Shown one piece after another: positions 15,740-24,384 of a DNA stretch of 32,000 nucleotides (its first letter is position 1; each line of letters starts with the position of its first letter). The notes beneath the pieces were generated by a model. That model was given only the letters and a program-made list of their open reading frames with translations. It made no database searches and was not told where the DNA came from. The stretch comes from Candidatus Iainarchaeum sp. GTDB lineage: Archaea > Iainarchaeota > Iainarchaeia > Iainarchaeales > DTGL01. The position numbers were made by a program, and so were the translations under genes. The stretch spans positions 6,570 through 38,569 of the forward strand of contig JAVYME010000005.1 in assembly GCA_038736825.1 (NCBI GenBank), read 5' to 3'.

Positions 15740-15762
15740 TGCTTGCGGCGTTTTTGGAATAA

Positions 15763-16500
15763 GTGAATCACGTGAAAGAGGAAAGGCATTCAATTTTTCT
15801 TTCAGGCAAAGAAATAGTTTTTTCAGTTGTCTACAGCCGGAAAGCGCAAAGGCTGAGACTGCAAGTGAGCCTTGAAGACGGCTTGCAGGTTGTTTTGCCT
15901 GCAAGGGCAAAAGTGCCTTTTTCAGTGATTGAAAAATTTTTACTGGAAAAACAGGCATGGATTTTAAGGCACACTGAAAGACTGGAAAAAATTGCAAGAA
16001 AATCCGAGCAAAGCAGGAATTCCCTGCTTTTCTTGGGAAAAGAGGCTCCAATAGAAATAATGGAATGCACTCGAATTGGAGCAAAGGCTTTCCCGAAAAA
16101 AGGCAGGTTGTTGGTTAAAGTGCCTTTTGGAAAAAAACACCTTGTTGGAAAAGCAATAGAGTCTTTTTATAAAAAGCAAGCGAAAAGAATAATTCAAAAA
16201 ATCGTTTCAGAGCGCGCCAGCCAGATGGATTTGTCTTTCAAGCGCATTTCAGTGCGCGGGCAAAAAACCAGGTGGGGTTCTTGTTCTGGAAAAGGCACTC
16301 TTTCCTTTAACTGGCGGTTAATTGCAGCCCCGCGACCAGTAATAGAATACATTGCAGTGCACGAATTATGCCACTTGCGCCATCGCAATCACTCAAAGGC
16401 TTTTTGGGCTGAAGTTGCAAGACACATGCCTGAATACAAGGAACAGGAACGCTGGCTGCGAAAAAACAAGCATTTTTTGCGGGCAAGAACCTCTTTTTAG
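15763..16500 (+). CDS. YgjP/DUF45-family (M48-like) zinc metallohydrolase
   Basis: Has the HExxH motif in IAVHELCHLRHRNHSKAFW and RWGSCS upstream of it, which is typical DUF45 layout. GTG start. Confidence 0.75.
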   Translation: MNHVKEERHSIFLSGKEIVFSVVYSRKAQRLRLQVSLEDGLQVVLPARAKVPFSVIEKFLLEKQAWILRHTERLEKIARKSEQSRNSLLFLGKEAPIEIMECTRIGAKAFPKKGRLLVKVPFGKKHLVGKAIESFYKKQAKRIIQKIVSERASQMDLSFKRISVRGQKTRWGSCSGKGTLSFNWRLIAAPRPVIEYIAVHELCHLRHRNHSKAFWAEVARHMPEYKEQERWLRKNKHFLRARTSF

Positions 16501-16539
16501 GGCAAAAACAATAAAAGCAATTAGCCTCTTTCTTGATTA

Positions 16540-17019
16540 ATGCCTTCCTTTAAACCTGAAAAAAAATTCATGCTGCTTGCAATAAAAAAAGCCCGTGATG
16601 GAATCCGTAAAGGCCAGACTCCCTTTGGTGCCTGCATTGTGTGCAAGGGAAAAGCCTTGGTTTGCGAGCACAACCGCGTATGGCAGCAAACAGATGTTAC
16701 AGCGCATGCTGAAATTGTTGCAATCCGCAATTCTTGCAAAAAACTGGAAAGGATTGATTTGTCTGATTGCATTATTTATTCCACTTGCGAGCCTTGTCCG
16801 ATGTGCTTTTCTGCAATTCACTGGGCGCGCATTCCAGTCATAGTTTATGGAGCATCAATTGCTGACGCAAAGCGCGCTGGATTCAGCGAACTGGAAATAC
16901 CGAATTCTGAAATGAAAAGGCAAAGCAAGTGCAAAGTGAAAATTGCAAAAGGCTTTATGGGAAAAGAGTGCAAATCGCTTTTTTTTGAATGGAAAAAGCG
17001 AAATGGAAAACCCTATTAG
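16540..17019 (+). CDS. CDA-fold nucleoside/nucleotide deaminase (TadA/guanine deaminase-like)
   Basis: Zinc-binding motifs HAE (TAHAEIVAI) and PCPMC are present at the typical spacing. Confidence 0.8.
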   Translation: MPSFKPEKKFMLLAIKKARDGIRKGQTPFGACIVCKGKALVCEHNRVWQQTDVTAHAEIVAIRNSCKKLERIDLSDCIIYSTCEPCPMCFSAIHWARIPVIVYGASIADAKRAGFSELEIPNSEMKRQSKCKVKIAKGFMGKECKSLFFEWKKRNGKPY

Positions 17020-17023
17020 GCGT

Positions 17024-17347
17024 TTAATCCCATTTATCTCTGGGGTTTCTTGGAATAAGTATCCATGCAATAATGTAGAGCAGTATTCCTGTGCCGCCAG
17101 CCAGCGCAAGCAAAACCCATAAAAGCCTTACAATTATTGGATCGATTTTAAAGTATTCAGCAAAGCCCCCGCAAACCCCGCCTAAAACCCTTTCTTTACC
17201 GCTCCTGTAAAGCCGTTTTGGTTTTGAATTACCGTTTTCCCTGTCAAGGGATTCAATTGCCTTTCCAGCTTTTTTGCCTAGGGCTTCAACTTCATTGCCG
17301 AAATCAGAAAGCCTTTGCTCAAAAGCGCTTTTTCTTTTTTTGGCCAT
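17024..17347 (-). CDS. PspC-domain membrane protein
   Basis: LYRSGKERVLGGVCGGFAEYFKIDPIIVRLLWVLLAL is a canonical PspC domain, followed by a TM helix. Confidence 0.8.
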   Translation of the reverse strand: MAKKRKSAFEQRLSDFGNEVEALGKKAGKAIESLDRENGNSKPKRLYRSGKERVLGGVCGGFAEYFKIDPIIVRLLWVLLALAGGTGILLYIIAWILIPRNPRDKWD

Positions 17348-17522
17348 GCAATTGCCTCAGTATATTTTGTTTTGAGAAATGATTATTAATCTAGAGCAAG
17401 GTTTGTTTTCAGGCAGTTGAGTGGAAAGAGAAAGGCTTAAAACGGAAAAAAACGTTTTTTTTCTTTTCATAATCATTGAAAAATCCTTTCTTGCAGTTTT
17501 TTTAGGAAAAATTGTATTTTGA

Positions 17523-18998
17523 TTGTTTTTTTCGGGGGCTTTTGGTTTGGCTGAATTGAGCAAGGAAGACCTTTTGACAATAATAAAGATAATTGCGAAC
17601 ATATTGCGTTTTCTGGGCTTGTTTCTCTTGGTGCCGCTTGCTGTTGCAGTTTATTATGGCGAAGAGCTCTTTGTGGAATTGTTTCTTGGCTCTTCTGCCT
17701 TTTTAATGGTTGTTTTTTCTGCAATTTATTCAAATATTAGGGGGTGCGAGGTTTCTTCAAAGCATGCGGTTATTTCCATTGCAATGTGCTGGTTTGTTTT
17801 GGGATTTATTGGGGCAATTCCCTACTATCTTGTCGGCTTTTCTCCAGTTAACGCTTTTTTTGAAAGCATTTCCGGTTTTAGCACTACTGGTTTGACAATG
17901 GTGAGGGACCCGCAAGCCCTGTCACCGACTTTGGGTTTTTGGCGCGCTTATACTCAATGGCTTGGCGGTTTTGGAATTGTTGTTCTCGCCTTAATGTTTT
18001 TTGAAAAGCCAAAAACTGCAAAGGAATTGTTTGAGGCTGAAGGCAGAAGCGAGGACTTTTACCACAGTGTTTTCAAGATTGCCAGAATAATTATTGCAAT
18101 TTATTTGTTTTACACTGTGCTTGGAATAATCCTTTATGTTTTAGCCGGACTGCCGGTTTATGATGCAGTCATTCACACTTTCACGACTCTTGCCACTGCT
18201 GGTTTTTCGACCAGGGCTAATGGAGTAGGCGAGTTTGGAAGACCGGCAATGATTGTGACGCTTGTGCTCATGGTTTTGGGCGGAATAAGCTTTGTCTCCC
18301 ACCGCGATCTCTTAAGGGGCAAAATAAGGGATTTTTTCTCCAATCCAGAAATAAGGTTTTTTTTCGTTTTGGTTTTTGCATCCACAATCCTTATTTTCAT
18401 TCAAGCCTATCTTTACCAAACATACCATTATTTTGACTCCTTTTTTTATGCAGTTTCAGCCTTGACGACAACTGGCGCCAGCACTTTCTTTCAAGTCAAC
18501 CAGATGCCAACCTTTGCAATAGCAATTCTTTTATGCTTGATGATTTTTGGCGCCAGCTATGGTTCCACTGCTGGAGCGCTGAAACTATGGCGTGTCCTGA
18601 TAGTTTTAAAGGCAGTCAGGAGACAGGTTTACAAGGCTCTTTTGCCCTCAAAAGCGGTTGTACCGGTAAGGCTTGGCGGCAGAACTGTTCCAGATGAAAC
18701 CGTAATGGCTGTCCTTTCATATGTTGCAATCTATTTGTTGCTTTTTGCGGTCGGCATGCTTGCATTCATGTTTGTGCCAGCGCCAGCAGAACCCTACAAT
18801 TACAGCCTACAAGAGGCATCCTTTACTGTGGCTTCAGCGCAAGGCGGTGTCGGCCTTGGCGTTTTACAGGGAGAGCGCTGGTATAACATGAACGATGCTT
18901 TAAAAATCCTCCTCAGCTTACATATGATTGTTGGAAGAATGGAAATCATTCCATTTTTTGTAATGCTGAAAGGCTTTGGAATAATTAGAAGGATTTGA
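17523..18998 (+). CDS. trkH: TrkH/KtrB-family potassium transporter membrane subunit
   Basis: Polytopic protein with repeated M1-P-M2 units. Selectivity-filter-like motifs are SGFSTTGL, TAGFSTR, TTTGAS and SAQGGVG. The TTG start is uncertain. Confidence 0.85.
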   Translation: MFFSGAFGLAELSKEDLLTIIKIIANILRFLGLFLLVPLAVAVYYGEELFVELFLGSSAFLMVVFSAIYSNIRGCEVSSKHAVISIAMCWFVLGFIGAIPYYLVGFSPVNAFFESISGFSTTGLTMVRDPQALSPTLGFWRAYTQWLGGFGIVVLALMFFEKPKTAKELFEAEGRSEDFYHSVFKIARIIIAIYLFYTVLGIILYVLAGLPVYDAVIHTFTTLATAGFSTRANGVGEFGRPAMIVTLVLMVLGGISFVSHRDLLRGKIRDFFSNPEIRFFFVLVFASTILIFIQAYLYQTYHYFDSFFYAVSALTTTGASTFFQVNQMPTFAIAILLCLMIFGASYGSTAGALKLWRVLIVLKAVRRQVYKALLPSKAVVPVRLGGRTVPDETVMAVLSYVAIYLLLFAVGMLAFMFVPAPAEPYNYSLQEASFTVASAQGGVGLGVLQGERWYNMNDALKILLSLHMIVGRMEIIPFFVMLKGFGIIRRI

Positions 18999-19021
18999 AT
19001 TCTGGGAAGGGGGCGTGAAAA

Positions 19022-19666
19022 ATGTATATTATTATTGTCGGGCATTCTGCTTTTGCCGAGGAACTTGCAAGGCTTTCGCTTTCAAAAAGCAACAAGAACC
19101 GGGTTGTAATGATTGTAAGGGACAAAGATGAAGCAATGAGGATTGGCAGTGAATTGAACGCAATAGTTGTAAACGGGGATGCAACCAAGCCAGAAACCTT
19201 TGACGACTTGAACTTGAAAAACTGCGACATGTTTGTGGCAGCAACAGAAAGCGAAAAAGCCAATGTCCTTTCAGGGCTTTACGCTAAAAGCGAGGGCGCC
19301 AAAAAAATTTTTGTCAAAATAGACACAACTGAAGCAAACCCAATCCTGAAAAAGCTTGGTTTTGTGCCCATAAACCCAGATCTTTACGCTGCAAGGGCTG
19401 TAGAGTTAATGCTCACTCGACCAGCAGTCAATGAACTGGTGAGCATAGGCATAGGCCAGTTTGACATGATAGAGGTTTTGGCTTCTGAAACAAAGCTTGC
19501 TGGCAAAACCTTGGGGGTTTCAGAGGGAAAGCACTTTAATGCAATTGCTGCTTATTTGGATGGCAAATACGAGTTTTCAAGCGATCACCAAATAAAACCA
19601 GAGGAAAAACTGATTTTGTTGATAGAGGCTGGCAAGGAAAAAGAGGCGGAAAAGGAATACAAGTAA
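19022..19666 (+). CDS. trkA: TrkA/KtrA-like RCK regulatory subunit (TrkA-N + TrkA-C)
   Basis: YIIIVG...VVMIVRDKDE...VVNGDATKPETFDDLNLKNCDMFVAAT follows the TrkA-N pattern, with a C-terminal TrkA-C-like domain. A GGGGG SD lies at 19009-19013. Confidence 0.8.
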   Translation: MYIIIVGHSAFAEELARLSLSKSNKNRVVMIVRDKDEAMRIGSELNAIVVNGDATKPETFDDLNLKNCDMFVAATESEKANVLSGLYAKSEGAKKIFVKIDTTEANPILKKLGFVPINPDLYAARAVELMLTRPAVNELVSIGIGQFDMIEVLASETKLAGKTLGVSEGKHFNAIAAYLDGKYEFSSDHQIKPEEKLILLIEAGKEKEAEKEYK

Positions 19667-19782
19667 AAGCAAAAGAAATCAAGTGAAAGCAAAAAAAGAA
19701 ACAAAAATGGCAATTTTTTGCAATGCAAACAATTATAAAGGGGAAAGAAGTAATATTTTTGACTCAAACGGAGGTGTAAAAA

Positions 19783-20055
19783 ATGGCTGCGGTTGACGTA
19801 AAAATAACGCCTGACGCGAAAGTGAACAGGGTTGAAGTAATAATCAGAATAATACTGGCAATAATCCTTGGCATAATTGCATCTATTTTTGCCTTTATTG
19901 TCGGCATACTTGCGGTCGTCAACTTCTTTACCTGTTTGTTGCTCGCGAAAAGGATTGCACCAGAATTCATAGCAAAGTTCATTGAATGGGTTGCAAAAGT
20001 AGGCGCATACTTGTACTTTGTTACTGACGAAAGACCGCCCTGGACTCCGCTTTGA
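19783..20055 (+). CDS. small membrane protein (DUF4389-like)
   Basis: GGAGGTG lies at 19770-19776. Two hydrophobic helices and the tail YLYFVTDERPPW resemble DUF4389 as I remember it. Confidence 0.55.
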   Translation: MAAVDVKITPDAKVNRVEVIIRIILAIILGIIASIFAFIVGILAVVNFFTCLLLAKRIAPEFIAKFIEWVAKVGAYLYFVTDERPPWTPL

Positions 20056-20176
20056 GCAGGGCTTCCTTTTCTTTTTTTTTTAGCTTTTTCTTGTCTTTAA
20101 TGGCAATTGGCTGTTGTACCAATAATTAGTTTTAATTTTCATTCCATATCCTTTATTGCAGGCACTGGTGTTTTTA

Positions 20177-21646
20177 ATGAAAATATTGTTGTTGAATCCT
20201 CCCTTTAAGCCGCGCTTTTCGCGCACTTCTCGCTCTCCAGCGGTAAGCAAGGGTGGCTGCATATATTATCCAATCTGGCTTGCTTATGCTACAGGTGTTC
20301 TAAAAGAGGCTGGGCACAAAGTACTGCTGTTAGATGCTCCGGCTGAAAACCAAACTCTTGAAGGGGTTTTGCAAACTGCCAAAAAATTCAAGCCAAAAAT
20401 GTGCGTTTTGGACACAAGCACTGCCAGCATTTACAACGACTTAAAAGTGGCTGAAACCATAAAAAAGGAAACCGGCTGTTTTACGGTTTTAGTTGGAACC
20501 CATGTGAGTGCAATGCCTGAATGGGTTTTAAGGCAAAGCAAAAGCGTTGATGCGGTGTGCATAAAAGAATACGATTACACTTTAAGGGATTTGGCGAAAG
20601 AGTTGTCCAAAAAAAAGCCATGTCTGAAAAAAGTGAAAGGCTTGGCTTGGAGGCAAAAAAACAAAATAAGGGTAAACGAATTGCGCCCCTTGATTGAAAA
20701 CCTGGATGAACTGCCTTTTGTGAGCAAGGTTTACAAAGAGTTTTTGAACATAAAAAACTATTTTTATCCAGCAAATCTTTTTCCTGAAATAACCATTGTG
20801 AGCGGAAGAGGCTGTCCTTACAAGTGCACTTTTTGCCTTTTGCCGCAAACACTTTTCTCTCGCTCTTACAGGACTAGAAGCATTCCAAATGTAATTGCAG
20901 AAATCAAGTACATATTGAAGGAATTCCCTGAAGCAAAAGAAATCTTTTTTGAAGATGACACTTTCACTGCAAACAGGCAAAGGGTTAAAGAGTTTTGCAG
21001 TGCAGTGAAAAAAGAGGGATTGAAGTTCACTTGGTCTGCTAATGCCCGCGCAGACGTTGACTTTGAAACCTTGAAGGCAATGAAAGAAGCCGGTTGCAGG
21101 CTGCTTTGCGTTGGAATAGAGTCAGGAGACCAAAAAATTTTAAACAATATAAAAAAAGGCATTACAGTGAAAGGCATTTCAAGGTTCATGAAAGATGCAA
21201 AAAAAGCAGGGCTTTTGGTTCACGGCTGCTTTATTTTGGGCAATCAGGGCGAAACAAAGAAAAGCATCAGAAAAACAATTGATTTTGCCAAGCGCTTGGA
21301 TCCAGACACAGCGCAATTCTTTCCATTAATGGTTTATCCTGGCACAGAAGCATTCAATTATTTCAAGGAAAAGGGCTTTTTGACTACAACGGATTTCTCG
21401 CAATGGGTGAATGAAGAAGGATCGCACAACACAATTGTTTCAAGGCCAGGCTTGAGCAATCAAGAACTGGTTGAATTTTGTGATTTTGGGAGAAGAGAGT
21501 TTTATTTGCGCCCAAAATATGTTGCAAAAAAATTGAAAGAAGGTTTGAGCAAGCCTGAAGAGATTCCCCGCCTTGCAAAGGCTTCAGGAACTTTCTTGAA
21601 GTATCTTGTGCGGGGAACAAAAAAACAAAAAAAGGAAAAAGAATGA
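20177..21646 (+). CDS. B12-binding-domain (class B) radical SAM enzyme
   Basis: I placed the start at MKILLLNPPF. The N-terminal Rossmann-like domain (VLLLDAP...CVLDTST...VLVGTHVS) is followed by the radical SAM cluster motif GRGCPYKCTFC, and then GIESGDQ. Length is 489 aa. Confidence 0.85.
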   Translation: MKILLLNPPFKPRFSRTSRSPAVSKGGCIYYPIWLAYATGVLKEAGHKVLLLDAPAENQTLEGVLQTAKKFKPKMCVLDTSTASIYNDLKVAETIKKETGCFTVLVGTHVSAMPEWVLRQSKSVDAVCIKEYDYTLRDLAKELSKKKPCLKKVKGLAWRQKNKIRVNELRPLIENLDELPFVSKVYKEFLNIKNYFYPANLFPEITIVSGRGCPYKCTFCLLPQTLFSRSYRTRSIPNVIAEIKYILKEFPEAKEIFFEDDTFTANRQRVKEFCSAVKKEGLKFTWSANARADVDFETLKAMKEAGCRLLCVGIESGDQKILNNIKKGITVKGISRFMKDAKKAGLLVHGCFILGNQGETKKSIRKTIDFAKRLDPDTAQFFPLMVYPGTEAFNYFKEKGFLTTTDFSQWVNEEGSHNTIVSRPGLSNQELVEFCDFGRREFYLRPKYVAKKLKEGLSKPEEIPRLAKASGTFLKYLVRGTKKQKKEKE

Positions 21647-22641
21647 AAGCCAGCGTAATAGTTCCAGTGCGAAACGGCGAGCGAACGATTGAAAAATGCT
21701 TGAAAGCAATTTTAGCACAAAATCTTGGACAAAGCTTTGAGCTTATCGTGGTTGATGATGGTTCAACCGACAAAACAGCGGAAATCGTTAAAAAATTCAA
21801 AAAAGCAAGGCTTTTCAGGCAAGAACCACTGGGTCCTGCGGCAGCACGCAATGCCGGCGCAATAAAAGCCAAAGGCGAAATAATTGTTTTCACTGATGCT
21901 GACTGCATTCCGGAAAAAAACTGGCTTTCTGAAATGCTTAAACCTTTTGAGGATCCAATGGTTGCTGGAGTTCAAGGCGCTTACAAAACCCAACAAAAGG
22001 AATTCATGGCTCGCTTTTCCCAAATAGAAATAGAGGAACGCTATAAAAAAATGCTTTCAAGCAAAACAATTGACTGGATTGGCTCTTATAGTGCTGCCTA
22101 CAAGCGCTCTGTCTTCCTCAGCTTGAACGGTTTCGACAAAGCCTTCAAAAAAGCCAGCGGAGAAGACCCAGACTTGTCTTATTCCATTCAAGAAAAAGAC
22201 CATAAAATAGTTTTCAACCCAAAAGCAATTGTCTTCCATCACCACCCTGTTTCACTCGCTGAATATTTGAAGAAAAAATTCCAGCACGCTTGTTGGCGGG
22301 TTCTTCTCTATAAAAAGCATTCCTCAAAAGCAGTTTCTGACTCTTATACGCCACAGTTTTTAAAGGCGCAAATTGGCTTTTTAGGCATTTTCTCAATATG
22401 CCTACTACTTTCATTGTGGAATGAAACCATGTTGTTTTTTGCATTGGCAGCACTTGTTTTATTGATTTTTTGCATGCTTCCATTCGTTTTTTTTGCACTA
22501 AAACGAGATTTTTTTATAGGCATTGCCTCTCCAGCCATTCTATTGTTGCGCGATATAGCCTTTATTGGAGGGCTTTTAAAAGGCATCCTTTTTCTTGTTT
22601 GGAATAACTCTGCTTCTGAAAAAGTCAATAAAATTAAATAA
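21643..22641 (+). CDS. family 2 glycosyltransferase with C-terminal TM helices
   Basis: SVIVPVRNGERTI...LIVVDDGSTDKT...DADCIPEKNWL and GEDPDL are GT-A motifs. The C-terminal approximately 90 aa are hydrophobic. The start overlaps the radical SAM stop (ATGA). Confidence 0.85.
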   Translation: MKASVIVPVRNGERTIEKCLKAILAQNLGQSFELIVVDDGSTDKTAEIVKKFKKARLFRQEPLGPAAARNAGAIKAKGEIIVFTDADCIPEKNWLSEMLKPFEDPMVAGVQGAYKTQQKEFMARFSQIEIEERYKKMLSSKTIDWIGSYSAAYKRSVFLSLNGFDKAFKKASGEDPDLSYSIQEKDHKIVFNPKAIVFHHHPVSLAEYLKKKFQHACWRVLLYKKHSSKAVSDSYTPQFLKAQIGFLGIFSICLLLSLWNETMLFFALAALVLLIFCMLPFVFFALKRDFFIGIASPAILLLRDIAFIGGLLKGILFLVWNNSASEKVNKIK

Positions 22642-22645
22642 AATT

Positions 22646-22690
22646 CTAAAATAATAGACTTATTTTTTAAATCTTTCCTAAAATAATAGA
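22646..22690. repeat. 13-bp direct repeat CTAAAATAATAGA x2 upstream of the AAA+ ATPase
   Basis: Exact copies lie at 22646-22658 and 22678-22690 (32-bp period), in the 54-bp gap between the GT2 stop and the ATPase ATG. Confidence 0.7.
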
Positions 22691-22695
22691 GTTGT

Positions 22696-23958
22696 ATGGC
22701 TGAGGTTTTTTTGGAAAGAAAACTTGAAAAAACCCTTGCAAAGTGTTTGAACAGAAAAGAAATTATTGGGATTCGCGGGCCAAGGCAGTCTGGCAAAACA
22801 ACCCTTTTGAAAAAAATTGAACAAGAGTTGAAAGGAAACAAGTCTTTCATTAATCTCGACATACCGGAAAACCGGCACGCTCTTGAGGAAAACCCTGTTG
22901 ATTTTGTCAAAAGGTTCAAGGGCCCTAATGAAAACCTATTCCTTTTTTTGGACGAAATTCAAAAAGTAAGGGGCGCTGGACAAAAACTAAAAATAATCTT
23001 TGACGAGTTTCCACAAGTGAAAACATTTTTTTCAGGATCCTCCTCGCTTGAAATAAAAAGCGAGGTTTTGCCGCCCCTTGTTGGCAGACTCTTCTTGTTT
23101 GAATTACTTTCTTTTGATTTTGAAGAATTCTTGAAAGCAAAGGACAAAGGCCTTGCAAGTCTTTTCAGTGAAAAGCATGCAAGTCTTCAAAATTTTCTTG
23201 AAAGCAAAGGCGAAATTTCCCCGCCATCCTTTGAAGATGATTTTTTGAAATATTGGAAGGAGTTTTCGGTTTTTGGAGGCTATCCTGAAGTCATAAAAAG
23301 CCAGAATTTTGAGGAAAAAACCCTGATTTTAAAAAATATTTACAACCTTTACTTGGAAAAAGATATTGCCTCTTTTTTCAGAATAGAAGACACTTCCAAG
23401 TTTGAAGGTCTTTTGAGAGTGTTATCCTTCAATGTTTCAAAGCCATTTTCGCTTTCCTCTACTGCTTCAGATTTAAAAACCACTTACAACAAAATAGAAA
23501 GCTTTCTTTCAATACTCAAGCACACTTACATAATCCACTTGTTGGAACCATTCCACAAAAACAGGATAACAGAATTGAAAAAAGCCCAAAAAGTTTTCTT
23601 CTTAGATTTGGGCTTAAGAAACGCAGCAATAAACAATTTTTCTGGTTTTGACAGCAGGGCTGACAATGCAATGCTTTTGGAAAACTTTGTTTTTAGGGAA
23701 TTATTTTCCAATTTTGGAAACTGGAAGCTCAATTACTGGCGAACCACTGGAAAGGCAGAAGTGGATTTTGTTCTAAGCAGGGAAAAAGAAATAGTGCCAA
23801 TTGAAGTAAAAATGAGCGGTGAAAAAATAGGCAAAAGCTTTTACAGTTTTTTACAAGCCTATCAGCCAAAAAGAGCAATAATAGTAACCTTAAACAAATT
23901 CAAGAAACAAGAAATTAATGGAACCACACTATATTGGGTTCCAGCCTTTTATTTTTAA
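22696..23958 (+). CDS. AAA+ ATPase fused to a PD-(D/E)xK-like C-terminal domain (COG1373 / DUF4143-type)
   Basis: Has Walker A GPRQSGKTTLL and Walker B LFLFLDEIQ. The C-terminal GKAEVDFVL...IVPIEVK is a restriction-endonuclease-like D...E.K motif. Confidence 0.8.
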   Translation: MAEVFLERKLEKTLAKCLNRKEIIGIRGPRQSGKTTLLKKIEQELKGNKSFINLDIPENRHALEENPVDFVKRFKGPNENLFLFLDEIQKVRGAGQKLKIIFDEFPQVKTFFSGSSSLEIKSEVLPPLVGRLFLFELLSFDFEEFLKAKDKGLASLFSEKHASLQNFLESKGEISPPSFEDDFLKYWKEFSVFGGYPEVIKSQNFEEKTLILKNIYNLYLEKDIASFFRIEDTSKFEGLLRVLSFNVSKPFSLSSTASDLKTTYNKIESFLSILKHTYIIHLLEPFHKNRITELKKAQKVFFLDLGLRNAAINNFSGFDSRADNAMLLENFVFRELFSNFGNWKLNYWRTTGKAEVDFVLSREKEIVPIEVKMSGEKIGKSFYSFLQAYQPKRAIIVTLNKFKKQEINGTTLYWVPAFYF

Positions 23959-23967
23959 GGGAGACAT

Positions 23968-24384
23968 ATGGCATCAGAATTAAAGCGTTTTTCAGTTAAA
24001 ACAGGCAAAGACATTTCAATAGTGAACATCACCAAAGAGGTTTCAAGTGCGGTTTCTTCTTCAACAATAGAGCGCGGAATCGCCATTGTTTTTGTCTCAG
24101 GCTCCACTGCGGCAATCTCCACTCTAGAATTTGAACCAGGCCTGCTCAAAGACGTGCCAAGCGTTTTAGAAAAAATTGCGCCAAAGGATTTTGACTGGGA
24201 ACACCACAAAACCTGGAGCGATAAAAACGGAGCAGCCCACATTCTAGCAAACCTTATAGGGCCATCCCTTTCAGTGCCATTTGAAAAAAAGAAACTCTTG
24301 CTTGGCACATGGCAGCAAATAGTTTTAATGGATTTTGACAGGATTGCAAGGGAAAGAGAAGTGATAGTGCAAATTATAGGTTAG
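23968..24384 (+). CDS. YjbQ/UPF0047 family protein (secondary thiamine-phosphate synthase-like)
   Basis: 138 aa. GIAIVFVSGSTAAISTLEFEPGL...AHILANLIGPSLSVPF...LLLGTWQQIVLMDFD matches the YjbQ pattern. Confidence 0.75.
   Translation: MASELKRFSVKTGKDISIVNITKEVSSAVSSSTIERGIAIVFVSGSTAAISTLEFEPGLLKDVPSVLEKIAPKDFDWEHHKTWSDKNGAAHILANLIGPSLSVPFEKKKLLLGTWQQIVLMDFDRIAREREVIVQIIG

Noticed and set aside
17348-17522. c-di-AMP (ydaO-type) riboswitch upstream of the trkHA genes
   Set aside because: I could recognise none of the conserved pseudo-symmetric core sequences of that class, and riboswitches are rare in archaea. I kept it only as a low-interest structured-spacer note.
21384-22919. Minus-strand ORFs of 174 and 191 aa opposite the radical SAM, GT2 and ATPase genes
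   Set aside because: They are antisense to genes with clear catalytic motifs and have no recognisable features of their own.
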